NCBI RefSeq assembly: GCF_042666455.1 | Contig: NZ_JBHTDB010000016.1 | Location: 582,530 to 614,529, forward strand | Source of the DNA: Chelatococcus sp. GCM10030263 | GTDB taxonomy: Bacteria > Pseudomonadota > Alphaproteobacteria > Rhizobiales > Beijerinckiaceae | DNA length: 32,000 nucleotides | Direction of reading: 5' to 3' | Part shown: in pieces, positions 26,226 to 32,000 of the stretch | Numbering within the stretch: the first letter of the stretch is position 1 | Layout of the letters: each line of letters begins with the position of its first letter | Program-made: the position numbers and the translations under genes | Notes under the pieces: model-generated | Databases searched by the model: none | Seen by the model: only the letters and a program-made list of their open reading frames with translations | Told to the model about the DNA's origin: nothing

Positions 26226-26328
26226 GCCGGTCTCGATCCGCGAAACCCCACGTCTCGTCTCAGGTGCCGCTGCCCAAATCGCATGGGTAACGGCCTGAGG
26301 CAACGCATTGCCCGCGCTCGCGCAGCAG

Positions 26329-26362
26329 GCTCTCTTGCGCCGGACGCTCTCTTGCGCAGGAC
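26329..26362 (+). repeat. Tandem 17-bp direct repeat (16/17 identical) upstream of the sensor kinase
   Basis: GCTCTCTTGCGCCGGAC (26329-26345) immediately followed by GCTCTCTTGCGCAGGAC (26346-26362). A degenerate third unit GCCCGCCCGGAC follows, and another CTTGCGC lies at 26391-26397. Confidence 0.8.
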
Positions 26363-26455
26363 GCCCGCCCGGACCCATGATCGCGCCGGCCTTGCGCGAC
26401 CCGCCTGCTCGCGGCATGGAATGCAGGCTGCGGGCGAAGGTGCGAAAGATCGGGC

Positions 26456-28039
26456 ATGGCACGGGCCTTCCAATCAATCCGGTTCAAGCTCGCACTTCTC
26501 GCGGGTGGAGCGGTGCTCGTCGCAGGGCTTTGCGCCATAGGCCTGGTGCTGGGCGCGCGGGCCAGCGACATCGCGCTCGAACGCGCCATCACCGCGCAGC
26601 GCCGCCTGGACCTTCTCACCGGCCTCTCCGCCCGCTTCTCCGATTACGGACTCGTCGCGGTTGACAGCGCCAATGGCGCGCCGGATGCCACCGGGCGCCT
26701 CACCAATGCCCGCATGCGGATCGAGGCGGCGCTGGCACGGGTCTCCGCCGCCCTTGATGCGAATACCGCAGGAGATCAGGCCCCCGGGGATGCAACGGCC
26801 TCCCATAGCCGCGCCTTCGCCCATCTCAATGCCGACTTCAGGCTGCTCCACGCGCAGATCGAGCAGGCGCTGGCCGAGCATGACGAGGAGCGGCGGGCGG
26901 ATATCACGCGCGGCGCGCTCAACGCCTTCGCTGCCGCGGCAGGCCCCGTGCTGTCCCTCCTCGTCGAAGCGGAACAGCAAGCCACTGCGGAAGCCCGCGA
27001 CAATGCACGCCGGCTCTCCCGCGACATGCAATGGGCGGCAATCGGCGGCGCCCTCCTTCTGCTCGCCGCCATCGCGCTCCTGCACAGACGCATCACCGGG
27101 CCGCTCGTCGCGCGGATAGGCGCCATCGAGCAGGCGGCCACCGCCATCGGACGGGGCGAACTCGACATTCGACTCGACCCCGGCGCACGCGATGAACTCG
27201 GCCTCCTCGTCACGCGTTTCAATCGCATGGCGGCCCGGCTGGCACGGCGCGAAAGCCGACTGTCGCAAGGCCGCTCAGCCCTTGAGCGGACCGTGGCCGA
27301 GCGCACCGCCGATCTCACCGCCGCCAATGAACGGCTCACCGCCATCGACAATTCGCGCCGGCGCTTCTTCGCGGATGTCAGCCATGAGCTCAGGACGCCG
27401 CTGACCGTGATCATCGGCGAATGCGATCTCGGCCTGCGGAGCTCGGCCGAACCCGACGATCCCATCCGCACGGCGCTCACCACCATCCGCGGACGTGCGC
27501 TGCGCCTCAACCGGCGGGTGGAAGACCTCTTGCGCATCGCCCGCTCGGAGAGCGGCGAAATCGAACTGCATCCCCGCGAAGTGGCTCTTCACCCGATCCT
27601 CGAGGAGGCCATCGAGAGCTTCGCGCGCCCTGCCCAGCGGCGCGGCCTGCGGCTGCAGTTGGACGATCACTCCCTCGACATCATTGTAACCGCGGACCGC
27701 GAATGGCTGCGCCAAGTGATCGAGGGGCTGATCGACAATGCCTTGCGCCATGCCGAGGGCGCTACCGTCGTGGTGATCGAGGCCGAAGAGCGGGACGATG
27801 GCGTCATCGTCAGCATCGCCGATGACGGCTGCGGCATTCCGCCTGAGGTCAGGGACAAGCTGCTCGAGCGTTTCTCACGCATCCCTGGCTCCGGCGAAAC
27901 CGGCTTCGGCATCGGCCTCGCACTCGCCCGCTGGGTAATTGAGCATCATGGAGGTACCATCAGCATCAACGGCAACGAATCCGCCGGACGGGGCACCCGT
28001 ATTCTCATTACCCTGCCCCGGACGGCCCGGAGGATCTGA
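26456..28039 (+). CDS. Membrane sensor histidine kinase (two TM segments, HAMP, HisKA, HATPase_c); positional equivalent of MxbD
   Basis: 527 aa. TM1 LALLAGGAVLVAGLCAIGLVL, TM2 AAIGGALLLLAAIALL, H-box FFADVSHELRTPL, N-box LIDNALRHA, G-boxes DDGCGIP / GFGIGLALA. Confidence 0.9.
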   Translation: MARAFQSIRFKLALLAGGAVLVAGLCAIGLVLGARASDIALERAITAQRRLDLLTGLSARFSDYGLVAVDSANGAPDATGRLTNARMRIEAALARVSAALDANTAGDQAPGDATASHSRAFAHLNADFRLLHAQIEQALAEHDEERRADITRGALNAFAAAAGPVLSLLVEAEQQATAEARDNARRLSRDMQWAAIGGALLLLAAIALLHRRITGPLVARIGAIEQAATAIGRGELDIRLDPGARDELGLLVTRFNRMAARLARRESRLSQGRSALERTVAERTADLTAANERLTAIDNSRRRFFADVSHELRTPLTVIIGECDLGLRSSAEPDDPIRTALTTIRGRALRLNRRVEDLLRIARSESGEIELHPREVALHPILEEAIESFARPAQRRGLRLQLDDHSLDIIVTADREWLRQVIEGLIDNALRHAEGATVVVIEAEERDDGVIVSIADDGCGIPPEVRDKLLERFSRIPGSGETGFGIGLALARWVIEHHGGTISINGNESAGRGTRILITLPRTARRI

Positions 28040-28042
28040 CCC

Positions 28043-28741
28043 ATGAATATTCTCGTCGTCGAAGACGATGCCGATATCGGCTCCCTGCTCGCCCGCGGCC
28101 TCGAAGCCGAAGGCTTCATGGTCACGGTGGTCGATACCGCCGGGGCGGCCCTCGATCAGGCCCGTGAGAACAACCCCTGCGCCGTCGTGCTCGACATGCT
28201 GCTGCCGGACGGCTCCGGGCTCGACGTCTGCCGCACGCTGCGGGACACCGGCCATATCGGCCCCATCCTCTTCCTGAGCGCCAAGGATGAGGTGCGCGAC
28301 CGCGCCGAAGGCCTTTCGGCGGGAGCGGATGACTACATCGTCAAGCCCTTCCAGTTCGATGAGCTCGTTGCCCGCCTCAGAACCCATCTGCTGCGGCGCC
28401 TGGGCGCTCCCGACGGCGAGCGCTTGATCGCCGGGCGCCTGATCCTCGACCTCAACATCCGCCAGGCGCATTTCGGCGAAATCCGCGTTCGGCTGACGCA
28501 GCGCGAGGCGGAGCTCCTCGCCATGCTGATGCGGGAGGCGAATCGGCCGATCTCGCGCGGCGAGATCTTCGACCGGCTGTGGGCGACCCAGGGAGGAGCC
28601 TCGCTCAATGTGGTCGATGTCTATGTCGGCTACCTGCGCGGCAAGCTCGCCGACATCACGCGGGCCAGCGGACCGGCCATCGTCACCGTGCGGGGGCGCG
28701 GCTTCATGCTCGACCTGTCGCACGGGTCGACCCCGCATTGA
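28043..28741 (+). CDS. OmpR/PhoB-family response regulator (receiver plus winged-helix); positional equivalent of MxbM
   Basis: 232 aa. MNILVVEDD, phospho-acceptor context VVLDMLLPDGSG, KPF, C-terminal ...TVRGRGFML. Starts 3 nt after the kinase stop. Confidence 0.92.
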   Translation: MNILVVEDDADIGSLLARGLEAEGFMVTVVDTAGAALDQARENNPCAVVLDMLLPDGSGLDVCRTLRDTGHIGPILFLSAKDEVRDRAEGLSAGADDYIVKPFQFDELVARLRTHLLRRLGAPDGERLIAGRLILDLNIRQAHFGEIRVRLTQREAELLAMLMREANRPISRGEIFDRLWATQGGASLNVVDVYVGYLRGKLADITRASGPAIVTVRGRGFMLDLSHGSTPH

Positions 28742-28854
28742 CGGACATCAGGGGCTAGCCTCAGGGCGGCGGGACAGCCGCGGGGCTTGGCACCTCCCGG
28801 ATGCCTGCCCTTCGCGGCATTCGGCAGAGCTCGGCAAACGGGTCTTCTCAGATC

Positions 28855-28864
28855 TTCCTTAGAA
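28855..28864 (+). repeat. TTCCTTAGAA 10-mer, copy 2, upstream of the SRPBCC gene
   Basis: Exact match to 21407-21416. Followed by a tandem TAGAAT-TAGAAT arrangement (TTAGAATAGAAT, 28859-28870). Confidence 0.5.
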
Positions 28865-28872
28865 TAGAATGA

Positions 28873-28900
28873 TTGTTTCCGCTCCATCTGGCAGTATGTT
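28873..28900 (+). promoter_or_regulatory. Candidate sigma70-type promoter for the SRPBCC gene
   Basis: TTGTTT (28873-28878), 16-nt spacer, TATGTT (28895-28900), about 40 nt upstream of ATG 28943. Architecture mirrors the pqqA candidate promoter. Confidence 0.3.
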
Positions 28901-28942
28901 TACTTGTCTCGACAATACGAATGCTGGGAGAGGAGCACGTCC

Positions 28943-29431
28943 ATGAGAGCATTTCCCGTTTTGGGGGGCCTTGCCCTCGCGATTCTGGTCGTCGGCAGCG
29001 CATCCGCGGCCAAGAACAGCAACCGCGTGGAAGCCAATGCCTCGCCGGACGCCGCATGGGCGGCCGTCGGCGACTTCTGCGGCGTGAAGAATTGGCATCC
29101 AGCCATTGCCGACTGCGTCTTGTCGCGGGACAACGGCGCCGAAATTCGCACGCTGACCACCAAGGACGGCGGCAAATTCGTCGAGAAGCTGGTGAAGTGG
29201 GACGACAAGAACCACTCCTACACCTATGAAATCCTTGAAAGTCCACTGCCGGTCACAAGCTACGTCTCGACCTTCAAGGTGGAGGAGGACGACGAGCCGG
29301 GCAAGGTGGCGATCATCTGGTCGGCCGAGTTCGAGCCCAAGGGCGCAACCGAGCGCGAGGCAAGAGCCAAGGTCGGCGAGGTCTATGTCGCGGGGCTCCT
29401 CGGTCTGAAGTCCAAGCTCCCGAAGAAGTGA
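28943..29431 (+). CDS. Exported SRPBCC (polyketide-cyclase/Bet v1 fold) protein, MxaD-like
   Basis: Start at ATG 28943 (GAGAGGAG 7 nt upstream), not the TTG at 28904. Signal peptide MRAFPVLGGLALAILVVGSASA. Mature domain ...AAWAAVGDFCGVKNWHPAI...YTYEILESPLP... is typical of the SRPBCC family. Confidence 0.8.
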   Translation: MRAFPVLGGLALAILVVGSASAAKNSNRVEANASPDAAWAAVGDFCGVKNWHPAIADCVLSRDNGAEIRTLTTKDGGKFVEKLVKWDDKNHSYTYEILESPLPVTSYVSTFKVEEDDEPGKVAIIWSAEFEPKGATEREARAKVGEVYVAGLLGLKSKLPKK

Positions 29432-29493
29432 CAGGCCCTGGCGCGGCTCCGCCCGCGCTTACCCGGCCTTGATCGCAGTGGAAACCTATGCGC

Positions 29494-29520
29494 GCCCAAT
29501 GCTCCGGCGTGTCATTGGGC
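29494..29520 (+). terminator. Hairpin downstream of the SRPBCC gene (candidate terminator)
   Basis: GCCCAATG (29494-29501), 11-nt loop, CATTGGGC (29513-29520), then CTTTGC. The U-tract is weak. Confidence 0.35.
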
Positions 29521-29609
29521 CTTTGCATGTCCCGTCCGGGGTAAACGAGGCGCCGATCCGCGCGTCAAAATGGCCGGGGAACGCAAACGCTTCGGGGATG
29601 ATTTAGATC

Positions 29610-29637
29610 TTGTTCTCGGGCAAAAGCGGCCTATAGT
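29610..29637 (+). promoter_or_regulatory. Candidate sigma70-type promoter for pqqA
   Basis: TTGTTC (29610-29615), 16-nt spacer, TATAGT (29632-29637) in an AT-rich stretch. This would give a leader of roughly 90 nt before ATG 29734. Confidence 0.35.
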
Positions 29638-29733
29638 AATAGGGATCGTGCTCGATAGCATAGACGATCAACTGCTTATGATTTTCTTATCAGAGAAGAC
29701 CATAAGCAATCATGAGGATGAGGAGGAAATCTC

Positions 29734-29811
29734 ATGCGCTGGCAAGCTCCGGTCATTCGTGAAATCTGCGTTGGCATGGAAGTGACAGGCTACCTTCCGT
29801 CGGAAATCTGA
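29734..29811 (+). CDS. pqqA: Coenzyme PQQ precursor peptide PqqA (25 aa)
   Basis: Hand translation gives MRWQAPVIREICVGMEVTGYLPSEI*. Conserved Glu-X3-Tyr (E-V-T-G-Y). AGGAGG 7 nt upstream. Immediately precedes pqqB. Too short to appear in the ORF track. Confidence 0.9.
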   Translation: MRWQAPVIREICVGMEVTGYLPSEI

Positions 29812-29817
29812 TCCGAA

Positions 29818-29850
29818 GGAGAAGGAGCACGGGCGGCGTTCTCCCGCGTG
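29818..29850 (+). promoter_or_regulatory. pqqA-pqqB intercistronic stem-loop(s)
   Basis: Two mutually exclusive options. GGAGAA (29818-29823) pairs with TTCTCC (29839-29844). Alternatively CACGGG (29828-29833) pairs with CCCGCGTG (29843-29850), with one bulge. Confidence 0.35.
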
Positions 29851-29860
29851 GAGTGAAACC

Positions 29861-30760
29861 GTGAGAGCGATCGTCCTTGGTTCGGCAGCCGGGGGTGGCG
29901 TTCCTCAATGGAACTGCCGCTGCCCGGTTTGTCGTTTGGCCTGGGCCGGCGATGCCCGGGTTCGATGGCGCACCCAATCGAGCTTGGCGGTGAGCGTCGA
30001 CGGGAAGGACTGGCTCCTCCTGAACGCCTCGCCCGACATTCGCCAACAGATTGCGGCGACGCCTGCCCTCCACCCCCAGGAGGGCGCCCGACATTCGCCG
30101 ATTGCGGCGGTGCTCGTGACGAATGGCGACGTGGACCATGTCGCAGGGCTTCTGGGATTGCGCGAGAAGCAGCCTCTCGTGCTCCACGGGACGGCGGAGG
30201 TGCTCCAGTCGATCGCCGACAACCGCATCTTCGACGTCATGGATCGCGATGTCGTTCGGCGGCAACCGGTGGTTCTCGGCCGGGACTTCTCACCTCTGCC
30301 GGGTCTCGTCGCCAGGCTCGTTGCGGTGCCCGGCAAGGTGCCGCTCTGGCAAGAGAATGGTGAACCGGCGATCGGTGCCGCCACCGAGACGACGGTCGGT
30401 GTCCTCTTATCGGCGAGCGGCCGGCGCATCGCCTATATTCCAGGCTGCGCGGCGGTGACGCCGGAGGTGAAGCAGGCAATCGCCGGTGTGGATCTGCTGC
30501 TTTTCGACGGCACATTGTGGCGCGACGACGAAATGGTCCAAGCTGGGCTTGGAACGAAAACGGGCAAGCGCATGGGGCATCTCTCCATATCCGGGCCGGA
30601 GGGATCCATGGCCGCGCTCGCGGATGTGCCGGTCGGCCGGCGCGTCTTCGTCCATATCAACAATACGAATGCGGCTCTCATCGATGGGTCCGCCGAGCGA
30701 GGCGCCATCGAGGAGGCCGGCTGGGCCATCGCCCATGATGGAATGGCCTTTACGCTCTGA
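29861..30760 (+). CDS. pqqB: PQQ biosynthesis protein B (metallo-beta-lactamase fold)
   Basis: 299 aa with a GTG start. VLGSAAGGGVPQWNCRCPVC...TQSSLAVS...LLNASPDIRQQI...HINNTN matches PqqB. Confidence 0.95.
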   Translation: MRAIVLGSAAGGGVPQWNCRCPVCRLAWAGDARVRWRTQSSLAVSVDGKDWLLLNASPDIRQQIAATPALHPQEGARHSPIAAVLVTNGDVDHVAGLLGLREKQPLVLHGTAEVLQSIADNRIFDVMDRDVVRRQPVVLGRDFSPLPGLVARLVAVPGKVPLWQENGEPAIGAATETTVGVLLSASGRRIAYIPGCAAVTPEVKQAIAGVDLLLFDGTLWRDDEMVQAGLGTKTGKRMGHLSISGPEGSMAALADVPVGRRVFVHINNTNAALIDGSAERGAIEEAGWAIAHDGMAFTL

Positions 30761-30779
30761 GAGTCGCCAAGACTGTCGC

Positions 30780-31547
30780 ATGTCCGGGGATATCGAGATC
30801 GAGATGACCGCACTGCTCTCCCCCGCCGAACTGGAACAGGCGCTCCGCGACATCGGCGCGCGGCGCTACCACAACCTGCATCCGTTCCATAAGCTCCTGC
30901 ACGGCGGGCAGCTGAGCCGCGACCAGGTGCGCGCCTGGGCGCTCAATCGCTACTATTACCAGGCGATGATCCCGATCAAGGACGCGACCATCTTGGCCCG
31001 CATGCACGACCCGGAGCTGAGGCGGATCTGGCGGCAGCGGATCCTCGACCACGACGGCGAGAGCGCCGGCGACGGCGGCATCGAGCGCTGGCTCAAGCTG
31101 ACCGATGGGCTCGACCTGCCCCGCTCCTATGTCACGTCGACGCGCGGCCTGTTGCCCGGCACGCGCTTCGCCGTCGAGGCCTATGTGCATTTCGTGCGCG
31201 ACCGATCGCTGCTCGAAGCGATCGCGTCTTCGCTGACGGAGCTCTTCAGCCCGAATATCATTTCGGAGCGCGTCGCCGGCATGCTCGCCGGCTATGACTT
31301 CGTCTCCAAGGAGACGCTGGCCTATTTCGACAAGCGTCTCAGCCAGGCGCCGCGCGACGCCGATTTCGCTCTCGACTATGTGAAAGAGCATGCCCGGACG
31401 GCGCCGGAACAACAGACCGTGCTCGGGGCTCTCACCTTCAAATGCAACGTGCTGTGGGTGCAGCTCGACGCGCTGTACCACGCCTATGTCAACCCCGGCC
31501 ATGTGCCGCCGGGCGCATGGACCCCGGGCGCGGAGGTGGAGGGATGA
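30780..31547 (+). CDS. pqqC: Pyrroloquinoline-quinone synthase
   Basis: ...ALRDIGARRYHNLHPFHKLLH...WALNRYYYQAMIPIKDA...RILDHDG... matches PqqC. Start is ATG 30780 (alternative ATG 30804). The track ORF from 30486 overlaps pqqB and is not credible. Confidence 0.93.
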   Translation: MSGDIEIEMTALLSPAELEQALRDIGARRYHNLHPFHKLLHGGQLSRDQVRAWALNRYYYQAMIPIKDATILARMHDPELRRIWRQRILDHDGESAGDGGIERWLKLTDGLDLPRSYVTSTRGLLPGTRFAVEAYVHFVRDRSLLEAIASSLTELFSPNIISERVAGMLAGYDFVSKETLAYFDKRLSQAPRDADFALDYVKEHARTAPEQQTVLGALTFKCNVLWVQLDALYHAYVNPGHVPPGAWTPGAEVEG

Positions 31548-31822
31548 CGGGGCTTGCCCTCTCGGATGTGCCGCGCCTGCCGCGCGGGGTGCGATTGCGC
31601 TATGATGAAACGCGTGAGCGGCATGTGTTGCTCGCGCCCGAACGGGCCTTCGAGATCGACGATATCGCCGCCGCCGTGCTGGGCGCGGTCGACGGCCAGC
31701 GGACGGTCAGCCAAGTCGTCGATGCTCTGGCCGCCCAGTTCGACGAGAAGCGCGAGATCATCGAGGCCGATGTCGTCGCCATGCTCGACGATCTGCTGAA
31801 CAAGAGGGTGCTGGAACGATGA
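31544..31822 (+). CDS. pqqD: PQQ biosynthesis peptide chaperone PqqD
   Basis: 92 aa from ATG 31544 (ATGA overlap with the pqqC stop). ...[30 protein letters not shown]...G.RTV..VV..L matches PqqD. Confidence 0.9.
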   Translation: MTGLALSDVPRLPRGVRLRYDETRERHVLLAPERAFEIDDIAAAVLGAVDGQRTVSQVVDALAAQFDEKREIIEADVVAMLDDLLNKRVLER

Positions 31823-32000
31823 ACGCGCCCATGCCAACGGCCATGCCGACCACCACGCCCGTCACCATGCCGATCGGCCTCTTGGCCGAGCTCACGCATC
31901 GCTGCCCGCTACACTGCCCCTATTGCTCGAACCCGCTGGAGCTCGACCGCCGCTCGGCGGAGCTCGACACGGAGACATGGGCGCGCGTTTTCGACGAGGC
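31819..32000 (+). CDS. pqqE: PQQ biosynthesis radical-SAM enzyme PqqE, N-terminal 60 codons (3' end outside the window)
   Basis: ATG 31819 (ATGA overlap with the pqqD stop). Hand translation gives ...[22 protein letters not shown]..., containing the CX3CX2C radical-SAM cluster motif. Not in the ORF track because no stop lies within the window. Confidence 0.9.
   Translation, partial: MNAPMPTAMPTTTPVTMPIGLLAELTHRCPLHCPYCSNPLELDRRSAELDTETWARVFDE

Noticed and set aside
26283-26664. ORFs 26283-26540 (+), 26308-26664 (+) and 26260-26619 (-), in or overlapping the region upstream of the kinase.
   Set aside because: They have no SD and Arg/Pro/Ala-rich products, and they overlap the kinase N-terminus out of frame. 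The region is better explained as regulatory DNA containing the 17-bp tandem repeat.
29570-29785. 71-aa plus-strand ORF across the pqqA promoter and gene.
   Set aside because: It is in a different frame from the true 25-aa pqqA and has no SD. It runs through AT-rich promoter-like DNA, and its end overlaps pqqA.
1-32000. Looked for mobile elements, integrases, CRISPR arrays, toxin-antitoxin or defence-type gene sets, and abrupt compositional islands.
   Set aside because: None recognised. The only AT-rich patches are short intergenic promoter regions (about 21390-21470, 28850-28930, 29570-29730). The gene content is coherent core metabolism, so I do not claim a horizontally acquired or novel defence-like system here.

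Overview
High-GC, gene-dense chromosomal window. I recognise no rRNA, tRNA, CRISPR, transposase or phage genes. It reads as the core methylotrophy island of an alphaproteobacterial (Rhizobiales-type) methylotroph, and from memory it is syntenic with the Methylorubrum/Methylobacterium extorquens island.

Layout:
- 1-4102: DeoR regulator (5'-truncated) plus a four-carbon acid sugar kinase, a non-haem haloperoxidase-type alpha/beta hydrolase, and pncB.
- 8764->4234 (minus strand): five-gene PQQ-dehydrogenase-associated ABC system. It comprises a binding protein, a YVTN beta-propeller, an ATPase, an ABC-2 permease and a translationally coupled exported protein of unknown function. It resembles ped/lut lanthanide-linked transporters.
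- 9019-21314: tetrahydromethanopterin (H4MPT) and methanofuran/methylofuran-linked formaldehyde oxidation and cofactor-biosynthesis genes. In order: MfnB-like, amino-acid-kinase-like, AfpA/DmrB-type flavoprotein, dihydropteroate-synthase-like, DUF447, hydantoinase-like, HisA/F-like, fae, CitG-like, RimK-type ATP-grasp, mch, a second ATP-grasp, mtdB, mptG.
- 21507-25940: fhcB-fhcA-fhcD-fhcC.
- 26007-29431: small Cys/Trp-rich ORF, a sensor kinase plus OmpR-type regulator (at the position of mxbDM), and an exported SRPBCC/MxaD-like protein.
- 29734-32000: pqqA (25-aa precursor, absent from the ORF track), pqqB, pqqC, pqqD and pqqE (cut by the window end, also absent from the track).

I do not see a clear-cut novel multi-gene system. 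The items most worth follow-up are:
- conserved genes with no assigned biochemistry embedded in the island;
- the uncharacterised exported protein coupled to the ABC system;
- a canonical intrinsic-terminator structure inside the fae leader;
- an exact AT-rich 10-mer and a related promoter architecture shared between methylotrophy promoters;
- a 17-bp tandem repeat upstream of the sensor kinase.

Many long antisense ORFs in the track are high-GC artefacts.
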